The position numbers and the translations under genes were made by a program. A stretch of 61,486 bases of DNA, the filler included, from Choristocarpus tenellus KU-1152 (lineage: Eukaryota; Protista; Phaeophyceae): NCBI GenBank assembly GCA_964200185.2. It is 11 parts of 11 records of this genome, joined end to end, with 100 filler letters (N's around TTAATTAATTAA, not from the genome) between each part and the next. Parts side by side here need not be neighbours in the genome. Positions count along the whole stretch, not along the records: positions 1 to 7,278 come from CAXNAD020006420.1; positions 7,379 to 14,088 come from CAXNAD020007511.1; 9 more parts are not named here. One strand, 5' to 3'. The notes below the pieces were generated by a model that was not told the DNA's origin, did no database searches, and saw nothing but the letters and a program-made list of their open reading frames with translations. This document shows positions 1 to 13,500 of this stretch, piece by piece. Numbering within the stretch: the stretch's first letter is position 1; the number at the start of each line of letters is the position of its first letter.

Positions 1-479
1 CCCCCCCAGATACTTTGACCCTGGATGTTGAAAAAGATGTTCGAAATTCATCTGTGTTTAAAAAATGCGTACAATTGTGTCGAAATCTTTTCAAATAACA
101 GAGAAAATTCGCCGTTCTCGAGTCCAACTTAGCACCTAATCCATAAAATATAAAAAAATGGATGAATTGCAAAAGATAAAAAAAACGGGGTTAAAATGCA
201 AAAGCAGCCCAGAACTGGGTACCTATTGCTTACTTTGACTCCCACCAAAATTCGGGAGGATGGGAGAGAATACATACGCATGCGAACTGTTGATTTGTGA
301 AGCCACAAGCATCGCATCGCTGCCAACACCTGTACTTGGTGTGAATGTGTGATACCCCTGCTGTATGTATGGAGACTGTCCCAATGAGGTTGTAAGACAC
401 CTTGGACAAGTGACGTTCCCATAGCTCCCCGATTTTGAGCCTACTGTAAAAGGCCCCCAACATATTATCCCGTTCTCAC

Positions 480-2788
480 CTTCCATAGCACACTTCTTCT
501 CAACGTCGGCAAGACTCGCCTTAGCAAGCTCTGCCTCTTGCATAGACTCAACTCTCTGCTTTCGAAGTCGTTTGGCTTCTTCGGTTGCTGAGAACAAGGC
601 ATGCCTGAAGAATGAAGGGGGGTATAGCATTGCATGCTGAGGACAACTCTGAAAACATACAGGATTTCTGGGTAGGGAATGTTTCTTAGGCATAGGCAAA
701 GGGGTGAGAGGGGAATGGGAAATTCTACCCTTCTTGTACAGCACTTTTTTCTATTCTCACATGTGACTATCTACATAATATAGGTATCGTCATATATTTG
801 TTGTTTTTTATTCAATGATACCTTTGTTGTGTCATGGCATTTGGATATAGCAAGTGAGGGTTGAGACTTGCATTGTTGGATGATGAAGCAACATTTCGAA
901 TATGACGAATAGGGAAATGCTTGAGATGTGACTATTGAGAAAAGCGGCAATACCATAATGTTTGATGGTATTGCAGAGTTATGGGAGAGCTGCAAAACAA
1001 CCATTGAGGATTTGAATGTTGCCACCTTCTCCGATTTGCAATGCAATCAGCTTGTCTTTGAGTTAATGCTATCCTTTTTATATCATTGTGGTTGCAACTG
1101 CTATCTTCTGTTAGGGTTGAAGGGGTGTGTGTCCTTACTTGGCCGTTGTTATTGTTGTTGTTTTGTTACTTTTCTTATCTCACATGTTTTTTCATACAGT
1201 CAAATTGTAACTATTATTTTCACACTAGTGTGAGGGGGCACAGACTCCTGGTTTTAAAACATACGGCAGTGTAGATGTGAGATTATTCATTTAACAAAAA
1301 TGATCAGCAAAAAATTACTACAATAAACACGAATGAAAATAACAGAGGGGGAAACAAGGAGGATATGTATCTCTAGAGTCTCTAGTATCCAGAGAACAAA
1401 TATTGACACCAGCCTCAAGGGTAAGACCTCGGGAATCATCCTTCTGCCATTGTTGGGTACGGTCGCCTTTCGTTTTTCAGGAGATATCAACCATAAGGGG
1501 AAGAAGGATTAAGAATCACCTTAAGGATGCTTCCAATTCTTCTGACTTCAAATCTGCCTCCCTCTGCTGAATGAGAATATTCTTGTTGTTCAACACTGCT
1601 GCATCTCGCTCGGCGAGTGCTGCAGTCACTCTCTGATCAGCCTGTGATAGGAGGGAGAATGAATACCAGGAGGTTCTCAGGTAGTGTTGGGTCTCTTGAA
1701 ACAGGTGTACCCTGCCTCATATGTTAGCTATCGTTTTATATCACCCACTCTTCTGACTCCACTTTACAGTACTAAACATCTATATTTCTGTTGGACTAGG
1801 AAGAGAGTACTGAACGCTGTCACAATCATCTCTCCGTTTCGTCAGAAAGGGTTGGAAACCTTACTATATCCAGCTGTATCTCCAAGTCAAAACTTGGCCT
1901 CAGGTTCTGTTCCCCTTCGGCAATTATTCCCGATCAACTTATTATGTATTTAGTGTATTATGCCTCCGATCACTCCATATCCATGACATTCATCGACTCA
2001 ACCCTACTTTCACTCCGTTGCCGGGAGTGGCCGTCTACACTCAGAGGGTGCTTTTCCAAGAAAGATCGTACCATTGTAACCCTACTACGAGAGGAACATT
2101 AGCCACCTAGGAACAGCATTTTCAAGCTATTGTTATTTGTGGTGTATGCAACGCGAGGTAAAGATGCCATGTTCGATGAAGTTTTCAGGGACTGACAGAA
2201 CGATCTTCTTCAAGGTGGGACCAAAGGAATGACAAATCGGAAAAGCTGGGCAGTCATTCATTCCACATCCACATTTCGGACAGGATATCGAAATGTTGTA
2301 ATAGGTCGTTTCCTCTAACATGGCACACTACCCGAGACAACTTCCAAAATCTACCTGCACTTTGCCGTGGGCTTCGTTGGGTTTCACGATCCTGGACATA
2401 CCCGTCACCCTCTCATTCAGTCCTTTAGCGATCTTAGCTAGCTCAATTACCTTAGCCTCGGCATTGCGAGCCTTGTGTTCCTGCAGTTGTGATGGAGGTA
2501 TTGGTGTTGTAATGTTATGGATATTCTCTGTCCTAAGTCCACAGTCTATCTTAGTGGTTTTGGGTCAGGTGGATTGGGGGATAGGAGGAGACAGGAGCTT
2601 TGCGTGTCATTTTCGCACTGCATCCGTACCTCTTTTTCGATTTCTTCCTTTGTTTCGATGACAGCTTCAAAAAGCTCTTTTCCAATTGTGCCTCCCGCCA
2701 GTTGCCTCGTCCGCTCCTGGTACATCGCATTGCTTAACTTCAACTCGAATAGTTCTTCCTTCATCATATCCTCCTTCGTTCCGAGGAT
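480..2788 (-). CDS. Multi-exon coiled-coil protein of unknown function (internal exons)
   Basis: Phase-compatible GT-AG exons on the minus strand: 2788-2630 (ILGTKEDMMKEELFELKLSN...EIEKE), 2480-2355 (EHKARNAEAKVIELAK...KVQ), 1641-1520 (ADQRVTAALAERDAAV...EASLR) and 604-480 (HALFSATEEAKRLRKQ...). The sequence is E/K/A/L-rich and heptad-like. The 5' and 3' limits are uncertain. Confidence 0.65.
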
Positions 2789-5700
2789 CTGTCTGTTAGA
2801 CCTGCACTCGTTCGATCTTGACTGTGCCATCGCACACAACGGACCGATCCTTGGCGAGTTTTCAGGGCACAAAATGAGATACCCCCAATCAGCACATCGA
2901 AACCCCACATATGCGTGGAAGTCATGGCCGTTTCGCCGTCATCCAAATCTTCTTTTGACAAATCTTCATCCCACCAACCATGAACGGGTCTACGGAAACC
3001 AAGCATTTTGGTGTTTCTTCATGTCAATCTACATCATGTTTCTAAATATGTAGGTGTTTTGGAACTACTTACATATCGTAGATCCCAATATATTATTGCA
3101 GTGTGTTAGAAAAATAGTATATTTATTCATGCAACAAGAGTGTTTATAACTCGAGGGAGGCATGTAGTATTATTTTTGAATTTTGGCGTTTGATGGTAGG
3201 GTACAAAATTGGACAAGGATTTTGCAACATTACAGAGGGAGGGTTTAGATTGAGTTATTCGTAACGTAGGCGCCTAGTAAAAGTGTCGAACTGCTGCTTC
3301 ATTCACTCACCGTGCTGTCCCTAGTTGGACACGTACGTTTGACGAGCCATGAGTGAGGCGGCCATGAGTGAGGCACAACTTGAACGGAAGAAGCTTGTTG
3401 AAGAGATAAAGGCACTAGCGAAATGTGATGAGACCACGGCAGAGTACAAATCGACTTACGACAAGCTGAAGGCCAGTGATTTACTAGATTGTGTGAAAAA
3501 TGAAATACGGTAAAGAATTTCTGCTCCTTTCTATGATTGACCTCCGAGCGACCCAATAGGGAATGGACAAATGTCTCTGGCAAATGTCAACGATCGCAGC
3601 AACCGTGTGTTTAAATAAGGATTATCTTACCCTTCCTAATACCATCATGATATGGACGAGGTTGGGTTACTGTTCGAAATCCGTAGACTGTTTAACCAAG
3701 CTTGAGAGGGAAACACTCGCCTACGTTAATGGTACTACCAAATATTCAAGTAGACGGAACACCTCTTCCGTCCCTCAACCCCTCAGGATAGAAAGGGGGA
3801 GGCTGCATATCTGATGGGTGTGTACCAGGTATTCCCTCCAACCCAAAAACACAGCGAAGGTATGGATGTCGGTCGGTACGGATCCCGCTACGGATCCCCA
3901 CGTCCGTCCTTTGATGTGTCTGCCATATCAGGGATTGATAGGGTCGACGAGTCAGCGCTGGGTGGCCTGGTATTCGATCAAGGCGGTCGGGAGTACCCTG
4001 ACGACCAGTTTTTTTCCTCTCCAACGCGTGTTGAAGACAGCAAAGTCATGATGTCTGCCCCATCGTTGGCTGGTAGCGACATGACTGGAAACCGTGATGG
4101 ACGGATGATGCAAAGTGAGTGGCCATGTAGGGATTTCCAGTGGACATGTTGGTCATTGGAGCACCAGCAATACTCTCATGTTGGCATTGCGGGTATTGGC
4201 CTGGCACTTGTACTTTATCATTGGTGCAACCTTGCTGATCTTGGCCCCTGGAAATAAAGACAGCCAACACTCCATGGTTTCAACTCGAAGCGTCAGTCAA
4301 CTGTTCGCGTTGATTTTTTTAATGCGAAATATACTCTAACATTGTCTTCCTGCCAAGGGCCTTTAGCCACAATTTGCCAAGGCTTTGGAAAAAAACAACC
4401 TTATTTCATATGTTGAAGGGCTGGCAGGATGAGTATCGAGAGAAGTACATCCCTATGCAACCTTGGGTGGTCAGTCAGGGTAAAAACATGCAATTTTCAG
4501 TCATAGCTGTGTATTATGACGTTGTAGTATTACCTTGAGCTTCCCTCGCGATGTTTCACAGTGACCTTCCTCTCCTTTGCAGTACCCTGTCTTGACCTCG
4601 TGCCTAACAATTCCCAACCTCCTAAAACTAGAGATCCTATCTGAGGTGGAAGCTGACCAGAGAAGTGCTTTGTTGAAGGAACGGACAGATAAAGCTGATA
4701 TGAGCTGCATCTGCCTGAACACCCCAATCCTAATAAGGGGACAGCAGGTCTGTCGACACTAGTCTGTGTTATTCAGATATTAGAGTAGGGTGGATAGGGA
4801 AGGAGATGATTATTCTTTTTATCGTGGCTCCTTTATATTTCTGTGTTACCAGTACCATTTCATGGTGAGGGGGATTCTGCGTGATGATCTGAGATGATGG
4901 ATAAGTGTTGTGCTCAGCCAGAAGGAGTGAAAATCCATAATAAAGATAATATATGATATCAAAAGTAAGTGTACATTTAGTCTGCCCCACCCCACTCACG
5001 GAGTCAACTCATGTGTATCGGATCTGAGGTTGCGGACAAAAAAACATGTGCTCTGAGAGTACAACTCTAATCTATGGCACAAACCATAATTATAAGTGGG
5101 ATGATGGTATGATTAATGTATAGAATAGTATGATTAATGTATGGAAGTCAACTAATCTTTTTGCGATCTGACATGTGAACCCTAGTGCCGAGGAATATGG
5201 TACAAACACGCCTCTTACAAATGCAATACCTCAGTGCGTGTGCTTCGAAGCAACAATTTTGTTCTGGAAATGCTGTTGGAGTACATCTCCACAGTTGTGA
5301 TCAGGGCTTTTGACGTGCCTTTTTGTTTGTCATCTAAAATTTTTGTTCTGGAATTCTCGTGGGAAAGGTTCTCCAAAGTGGTGGTTGGGTTTTTTGAGTG
5401 CCGTCTGTTTTCAGTTGTGATGAAAACCCACTATCCCCTCCCGATGTCCCCTCACCTCTGTCCTGTTGTGCCCCCTTTAGGCATCTTTGTCTCAATAGAT
5501 AGCCTCATTTTGTATCTGCCTTGAAAGAACAGTGGTGATTTGAGCAAGGAGGAGGAGTCCTCACGCTGCAATTACGTAATCCCCAACCTACTTTTGGTGT
5601 TGCACAGGGAGAAAATTAATTTTAGAGGTTGAGAAAAGAGCTGAGTGGGTAGGCTGGGCCCGCTCGGTAGTCTGAGTCCTCAGGTTTTTTTCAATAGAAC

Positions 5701-7278
5701 TGGATTGTATCACTGAAGCTGTTAGCCTTGCTTGATGAGTCTTTCATCCCACTTTTTGATCCCACCTATGAGTTTTCATCTTGTTGTCATTTCCCACTGA
5801 TTACAGTGAGGGAGAGGTGAAAATCCCTGGGGTGATTGAGCTCTCCCCCTGTAGTTGTCTTTGCCTGGGGGCAGATAATTTTTTTTTTTCACAGTGAATA
5901 GACAAGTCTGTCAACAATCATCTTTGCGCTTTGCATGAACTAGAATAACTGTTGTGGTATCGACTGCAACCTGCCGGAGTCACTCTTTGGTGTCGAAATA
6001 TATCTCTATCTGTATATCTACATTGATACAATGTGCCCTTATTTATACACTCTGGTATATATTTATTTTTTCCTTAGGCTCCACTCCGGTAGTGCACCAC
6101 TATGTTGTGGTCCTCATGATCAACTCTGGTGGATGAACGCTCTCACCATTTCAATACAATCCTCCCTCCCTTGATGTGTTGTTGGAAAACTGGTGGCGTT
6201 AACTTAGCACCGACTCGCTAGAATAACTTACCACCTGTGTGCCCTTATCCACCCCAATGTCCACATTCAACCTAGTCATCCTGTTATTGTCTATAGGTAC
6301 AAGAATTTGTCCCTTACCCATCATTAGTACTGCTCACCTTGCGCTGCCTGCTTTTTACCACTCCCCCTCGGGATATTTTTCCTGGATAATGGAAGAACGA
6401 GACTTGTGTTGCCAACCCTTGTCTCCCCCTCCCTTGCTAACTACGGTGCTCCCCTCACTGCACTTTAGGGTCGGTGCCTTCGTGGCTGCCCTATTGAAGA
6501 GAGGGTTATGGAAAATGAAGTCAACGGAGATGATGCTGACCAAATGACTCAAGGGTTTGACTCTGGGGGATCAGTGATCTCATCCACAGAGATGTCAACG
6601 CCTGGCGTAGGAGGGGAAGACGCAATAAAGAAGTATCTTGTAAAGGTGGATGGACCGGGAACAGGGGACCCGTGGGAGAAGGTTGTGCTCGTGTCAGGAA
6701 CAAGGAGGTATAGCGACAAGGTGGGTTATTTGGTTCAGGGCAGCAATGTGTCAGGGTGTGCACTGGGAGGGTGGGAAGGTTGGGGTAGGAGCTGGAGTCA
6801 AGGACAAAGTAGTGGAATATAGGTATGTGATGCTGTGCCTTCAATGTGGTTCAAGAAGCTTTAGAGGTTGAGACTGAATATAGGTGTTGCTTCTGGGTGT
6901 GCACCTTGGCTAGAGGTCTGACTGTGCATCCAATGAACTCGATTAATATATATATTTTTATGCATTCAAGTGTGTTTTTTGTTGGTTATCAGAGGTCCGT
7001 GTATGTCGAGGTGGCATGATAAGAGTGTGAGGCTGCTGTAAGAAAATGTTTGTTGGCCCATTCTCCCCGTCAGGATGCATTGAAGGTGTTTTTGTGTCAA
7101 AATAACAGTCGCTATGTAGCCAATTACACCTCTTGTGTTGTTTATCACATGTCTACACCAAATGACAATCCATTGTGCACGTTTCACCTTATGGTTGAAT
7201 AAGTCATCTCACTTCATATCGCGCGCTGCTGACGGCGCTGCGGTTTTCCTCCTTCATCATTTCGGACAAGCCGCTGAT

Positions 7279-7378
7279 NNNNNNNNNNNNNNNNNNNNNN
7301 NNNNNNNNNNNNNNNNNNNNNNTTAATTAATTAANNNNNNNNNNNNNNNNNNNNNNNNNNNNNNNNNNNNNNNNNNNN
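7279..7378. other. Artificial contig-joining spacer (first of ten)
   Basis: N44-TTAATTAATTAA-N44, which gives stops in all six frames. Identical spacers start at 14089, 23734, 29322, 34503, 40355, 43882, 48275, 53886 and 57843. Confidence 0.98.
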
Positions 7379-7454
7379 CTATCTGACATCCTACAACTCG
7401 TTGTAAAAGGCAACGCCCCCATAGCGCCGTTTTAAGGTCGTTGGATTTGAGCTG
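7379..7454. repeat. Dispersed repeat (probable TE terminus), second copy inverted at ~29116-29192
   Basis: ctatctgacatcctaca...aacgcccccatagcgccgttttaaggtcgttggatttgagct matches the reverse complement of 29116-29192. Confidence 0.75.
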
Positions 7455-7467
7455 TACATTCTGGAAG

Positions 7468-7773
7468 GTGATCATTGAGAGGCGCCTGTAACACAAGCGG
7501 AGGGATGTATTTGCTGAGTTAGTTGCTCGCATGGGGGATGAGCGACCTCCCAATATATTTAAATTTGAGGAGCTTGAGAATGGAAAACAGAAGCGAGGTG
7601 GACAGGAGAAGAACTGGCGTACATGTCTCGAAGACGTCCTTGACAATTTTGGGATTGGAGTTGAGGGTTGCAGCACAAGCGTCACTAACCAATATGGGTG
7701 GTATGAGTGTGTTGTTAGTGGCATAACAACGAGGTCCATATCCATTGACATTCAAGGAAGCTGTGCTACCTAA
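7468..7773 (+). mobile_element. Decayed 3' end of an RTE-clade LINE ORF
   Basis: Translation IERRL*HKRRDVFAELVARMGDERPPNIFKFEELENGKQKRGGQEKNWRTCLEDVLDNFGI matches the RTE C-terminal pattern (RR..FAG.VARM.D.RLP.....EL..G.R.RGG..K.W..CL..DL..FGI) and has an in-frame stop. Confidence 0.75.
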
Positions 7774-8589
7774 TGTACGTCATAGTAAAGCATCAGCTAA
7801 GGCTACTGAAGCCACCAACACTACAACGACCATGAATTCTGAATACTGTTTTCTTTGTGGGCTTTATTTTCTTTATTTAAATTCTCCACTATCTGGACCC
7901 TACATAGTTCTTAACCTGTAATCAGATGGCAGTACACAAACTACTATCATGTCAACCCTACTACTGTTTCACTACAACTAATTGCACTTCCCCGTGTGTT
8001 GCTTGGTTTCTCTGCCGTTGAGTGCAGCAGTCGTGGTGCTTCTCGTTTTGTCTCCTCAGTCGAAGCTGGTACGTACTCGCTCCGTTCGCAACGAATCTTC
8101 TCGACCATGATTCCCATCTACATCCTTTTTTGCGGTTAAAAGTAAAATAGTATGGTACAGATGCGCCTCCCTTGTGTTCTAGGCTAGTAGGGCTTGGAAG
8201 TCGAATATCCTACGAGGAATATCTGGTTTCAACCAAGGTTCGAACCCCGGCATTGTTATGGAATATGGTGAAGCATCATCGCTTAACCCTACAGTTCTAA
8301 TACATTCTTTCGACTTAAAATTATTGATACTATTTGTATTAGAAGTATTACTACTATACTATTGAAAAATGTTTTTGGTTGCAAAACTATTTATATCTAG
8401 CAAAAGGATCTTCAAATGTCCCGAAATTTATTGGATTAGTTATCTACCACCCTAAAAAATATCCCATTAATAGAAGTAGTAGCATTAGAAATATCATATG
8501 TAAGTGACAAACTCCCTTTAACCTTGAACAAATACAGTGTGGAGAGAATTTTGATCTTGACAGTTCTGGATATGAATACACATCAAAGA

Positions 8590-8625
<36 letters not shown>

Positions 8626-8635
8626 TTGTTAACAG

Positions 8636-10549
8636 GTGTGATGTCCGACCTCACTATGGTCGTGAGGGTTGTAGGGTAGAATACTGCGTCAATCACAAGG
8701 AGGACTACATGGTGCACATAAAAAAGGTTGCCTCCAAGAATCGCCAAATCATCAAATTGTGCGAACAAGAATTGGGAAGGGAAAACCTAGGAAAGGGTGA
8801 CATAGAAGGAGGGGGGGAGAGGGAGGTCAGGTGGAGCAAGGATCAGGATAGTTCAAATGTGGATACCACTGCTACAGTCAAACGTGGCCGTGGCCGACCC
8901 AAGAAGGTTGCCTTGACTCTGTCTGTTGCAGTTATGGCGTCGCCTTCCGCTAAGAAACGTTCCCCGCCTGAGATAGCCAGGGAAAGGTTGAGGTTTACGA
9001 AGCTCAAGAGGAGGACAGGTGGATCAGAAGATGGATCTTCTTCCCGCATGAACCAACTTAGTGATAATGCAAATTTGGATAAGGATGGAGACGGTGAGAA
9101 AGATGGAAAAGACTGGGCAGCGAATGGCGGACGGAATGACTGGGATGGGGTAGGAACTAGAGCGTGGTCAATTGCAGGAGGTGCTGAAGTAGGCATTCGG
9201 CCAGGGAAACGCAAGATCAAGCTATCAAGAAAAGCACGAGCTGCTGCTGGTGTGGATGAGTCAAGCGGTCCGCAGAGGATGACCAAGGATATGCAGAAAA
9301 TAGAGGAGAAGATTATCGCACCTACCCATAACCGAAAGACCAACAAGAGACAGACCCGACTGTTCGAGGGAAGGGGAGTGGGTGGGGATGCGCTAGGAAT
9401 GGTGGTAAGGGAGATAGAGGCCGATGTAAGTTTGAGGAAGGTAGGTGGAGTTAAGGAGGTAAGGATAAGGAGGGGCAGCAAAGGTGCTCGCGAGAAGAAG
9501 CTCAAGGCCAACTTAGGGGTTCGAGAGGTGAGATAGGTGCCATGGATGTAAATGAATGAGTTGTTATGCTGAGGCATTACGTTGCTCGTTGTTCATGAGG
9601 TCAAATGAGTCTAATAAAAGCACGTTTGTGTACTAATCGGGTAGTGCCACTCTTCAAGTCTATCTTCTTCATACTTCAAAGTTTGGTAATGTGTTTGAAT
9701 CCTGAGCACCTACATGTATCGCACATAGGTACATGGTTTCCAGTCGTAATTGTATAACATCTCAAATGCTCGAAGTCGTGTATGCACTAGCTCACCAATC
9801 GTTGAGATAATGTGTGTACGAGTTAATTTATTCCGTCGTTATGCTTCTCTACTGCATAATCGTGTAATACAGTTCAAAAGTCTCAAGATAGTACCAAAGA
9901 GCTCTCATGCGGGTCATGCGGGAGTTGTGGCACTGGGGAGATACAAGGAAACGTCAGAATCAGTGGGGTCATCTGCTGTCGGTTTCAATGTCTTTGGGAT
10001 GGACAAAGATGGATCTAGACAGGGGTGCGAAGAAGAGGGAGATTGGGTGGACGAGGAAGAGTGGTTAAGCAATGATGAAGGGGTGGAAGAGGAAGAGGGG
10101 GCTGACTGTGAGTTCACGGATTGCCAAGGAAGGGCGACATTTGGTCTGAGAGGGGGAGGAGCACGCTATTGGTAAGGGAGATAATGTGCCGTGGGTGGGT
10201 GGTGGGTGGTAGATACAGTCAGTTTCGATTGCTTGCTGTCAAGTATAGTGTGTTACTTCTCCAATGTGCTACTTTCACTGGAAAAGTTCAATCCCACCAT
10301 TATGAAACTCTTCAAAACCAAAAATTCTTGGTCTTCCTTCAAATATGGTGCTATCTTGCTTATTCGTTTGGATTAGTGGTACTGATAACTGTTGAAGTGC
10401 ATGAAGCTAACAGGAAACCTCCCTATACCTCATCTACCCACTAACCCCCTTTTCTGCGGTTTATTGTACGGTGATATGCTTGCTGCTCAAACCCCCATTT
10501 GTTCAAGTGCAGTCAGGTACACCGGCTATTTGGTATGGTGGTAGTGTAA
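8636..10549 (+). CDS. EsV-1-7 cysteine-rich repeat protein with AT-hook (3' three exons)
   Basis: Exons 8636-9527, 9873-10171 and 10513-10549 (stop TAA) have compatible phases. Repeat 1 is CDVRPHYGREGCRVEYCVNHKEDYMV. Repeat 2 is CEFTDCQGRATFGLRGGGARY-C-QVHRLFGMVVV, with its Cys codon split TG|T by an intron. The AT-hook KRGRGRPKK is at 8880-8906. Confidence 0.8.
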
Positions 10550-13500
10550 CCCTGGTCTACGGATATTTATACTGAAGCAAACGTAGACGCTTCCCATTTT
10601 GCCTTCCTTATGAAGAAGGATGGAGCTTCACTGATAGGTAGAGCTCAAGTGGAACATTGTTGCACAATGGATAGTGCCTCCCTCACATATATTTGGAAGG
10701 GTAAGGGTTCGGTCCAGGGCATATCAATATATACAGGGAATATATTTTCTGTGTGCAGATTTAGGTGGGACTGGGAAACATTTTTTGTACCTAATGTGAT
10801 GTGTTGTGATGGGGGTTGGTATGTAGGTGGATGGTTATTGTGATCTTTTAATGTGAGCTTGTGATCCTCCAGCTATGGTGAAGATGAGTGATAGAACAGG
10901 GAATATTGATAGGTTTCCGTAAACTTAGATACAGATTTGTTAAGCCCCTCATTTCTTGTCATCGAGATGAAATGATCTGATTCAGGGGAGCTTTATCTGT
11001 GAAGCAATGGAATCTGTGTCCTGTGAGGATTTAGTTGTGTGCTATACATAGAATATCACATTGAGTTCCGCAGTCATAAGAAGGATCAGGCAAGTTTAGC
11101 ACATTGAGTGAGGGACTACACCTCCTAAGCCAGTATGTATTGCCACAGCGCTCTGCTAGTGAGATATGGCATGTTGGAAGCATGGTATAGGAAGGCAGCC
11201 AAGAGATCTTCTGTATTTGTTCAGAAAGTACAAAGCATCTGTTGATCTTCCTGTTGTATTGTGTGTGTGTGTCTGAATAGTCTTTAGACTTGGGAGCAAA
11301 CATGATGTGGTGCATCTGATGCTTTACACAGATACCGGGGAATAAATTGTGCACATTGTGTTTGGTTTTATAAAAGTCAAGTCCCTGTAGTGTGAGTGTG
11401 TTAAGTGTGGGATGCAGAGAGTGAGCGATTTGCACTTCAACTTGCACAATTGTTTCATCTTTCCAATTCAAACACAAATATATAGGTTGTCTGCCTGAAA
11501 GTAGAGTTGACGTGTGTGTGATCTATGGAATTGTTGGAAATATTTTGTATTTGATTGTGAGAATCGGTTTTGTTGACAGTGTATCATTTTTCATTAGGTT
11601 GTCAGACTAAAAAGATAGGATTTGCATGTTAGTTCAGGTGCTCCCAAAGTTCTTGACTGACTCTATATTGATGCTCCTATTACCCTGTGAGCTTTCCTCC
11701 CCTGCTTCCTTTCCTTGTAGTCACATTTGATCATTATTCCAGGTCAGAGAGAGCTCTGCAGCTCTTTTTGGAGAGGCTTTTCTTTTGGGATTGGTTGTTG
11801 GAATAGACTGCTTAGAAGTATTTGCTTCTCGGTCCCAACATCATCAACATGCAGACTAGACTTTAGTTTCCCACTGCCAGTTCAGTTCCATGCCTGTATG
11901 ATTATATGTTTCATCACCACCACTATGCACTTGTACGGCAAATCATACTCTTTGAAAGTTTAGCTTTGGTTGTTGAACAAACAATTGCACCAGAAAAAGC
12001 AGTAAATGGTGCAATGGATTAACATTTTGCCAAGTACCATGTAGAGAGAAAGTTTTTTAGTAGCTTTGATCCTCGCTCACTACTGTACTAATTCATATTT
12101 TTATCACCCTCAGGTCACGAGTCACCAACAAAAGCCCCTAGTTCCCATCCTCAGTCGAGAATGTTTGCTAGTGCATCCAAGAATTTTATTGTTAGGTGCT
12201 CATGATTGATGTGAGATACATACCCTGAAATAAGACAAATTGATGTGAAACACCACAGTTGTCTAGATGGTGGCCCAGCAGCGGTGAAATATTTTGGACC
12301 CTTTTCTGAGCAACCTGTCGACTATATTGTCCCCATATCAGTCATCTATAAAATGGGTTGGTAGGACGTCATGATGATAAGAAGTTTATCACTGACAGAC
12401 AGCAGTTTATGGTTTAAAATGCATTTGTCAAGTTGTGTTACCTAAAACAGAAAGCAGTTTACTATCCACTACAATCAGTCCCAATTGATTCAACTTCTCA
12501 AGAGAAGTAATTTTTGGCACAGTGACTTGCTGCCTTTACGCCTGTTAGCTGTCAGTTACAGATAAACATTTTTATTATTATTTCTGTAATGACAGTACGC
12601 TTGTTAACCCCACTACCCATTCAGGACTTAAGCCAGTTCCCTTTTTCTAATACATGGATGGTTGGTCCGAATCTGGGTATTCATCCTAATGATATGCACA
12701 TCAACATGTAAAGTATGTTCAATGAGAGCCTGCAACATGGAGTCTGTACCTCTCGTCTTGCCTGGACCTATGGTCTGTGGAACTGTGGAGATATTATTGA
12801 CTTTGGGCGCTAGACTGGTTACGCTCTCTGGTTTAGTAAATCTGTATGACCATTGACAACTTATTGATCTTGCTCATGGACTTCCTATCGTCTAGAAAGC
12901 TCAGTGCTCACATTGTCATGAGTGAGTGTACGGTATGTATTCTCTAGTTCATGGAACGAGTTTCGTGGACGAGTGGCATGCCAGAGGACCTATGATAGGT
13001 GATCGATGCCATCATACTAACACAACAGGAAGGAAGGTAACGCAAGCAGATCAGGGTACATGAATGCATACTCACCGTCACTGCCTGCTGAATGTTGCAT
13101 TCCGCATTGTCTTTTCCCTTGTGGGTTCGAATTCATCTCATTCCTCTCAACCCAAGTACTACTCAACCAGGGCGATATTTTTGGAGGGTTGTAGGGTGTT
13201 GGACAACTAGAAAGCGCTCAGGGAAACGTAAATCGCCCTCCATCTCACATTTAAAAAGACGTCCTTGAGTGATTTAAAGACCTTTGATCCATGTAGAGAT
13301 TGGTAGGTATCACTAGACAGCAGTGGATAATTGTAACTATCATCAGACACACACCACTTCCCTTCTATCTGTAGTCCAACCATTTTGCCAAACACTACTG
13401 AGAAGACAGTTGGCTTAGACCTTGACTTGTCTGATTTTATGGGGTCTGGCAGGGTCCTAACCTATGGTGCCAATTGCTTCATTTATAGTTCCTTTGAAGG

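Noticed and set aside
2133-2321. CxC/KDZ transposase-like Cys cluster (CPKCGC)
   Set aside because: It is short, lies in an intron of the coiled-coil gene, and has no transposase core nearby.
7323-7334. Recurrent TTAATTAATTAA palindrome as a biological repeat or CRISPR-like array
   Set aside because: It is always centred in 44+44 Ns and is an assembly linker.
8225-8295. tRNA or SINE head (GGTTCGAACC B-box)
   Set aside because: No cloverleaf could be built and there is no second copy in the window.
8843-9577. 244-aa minus-strand ORF
   Set aside because: It is the antisense shadow of the EsV-1-7 exon.
8636-10549. Endogenous phaeovirus insertion
   Set aside because: The gene has spliceosomal introns and no neighbouring viral core genes or gene-dense block.
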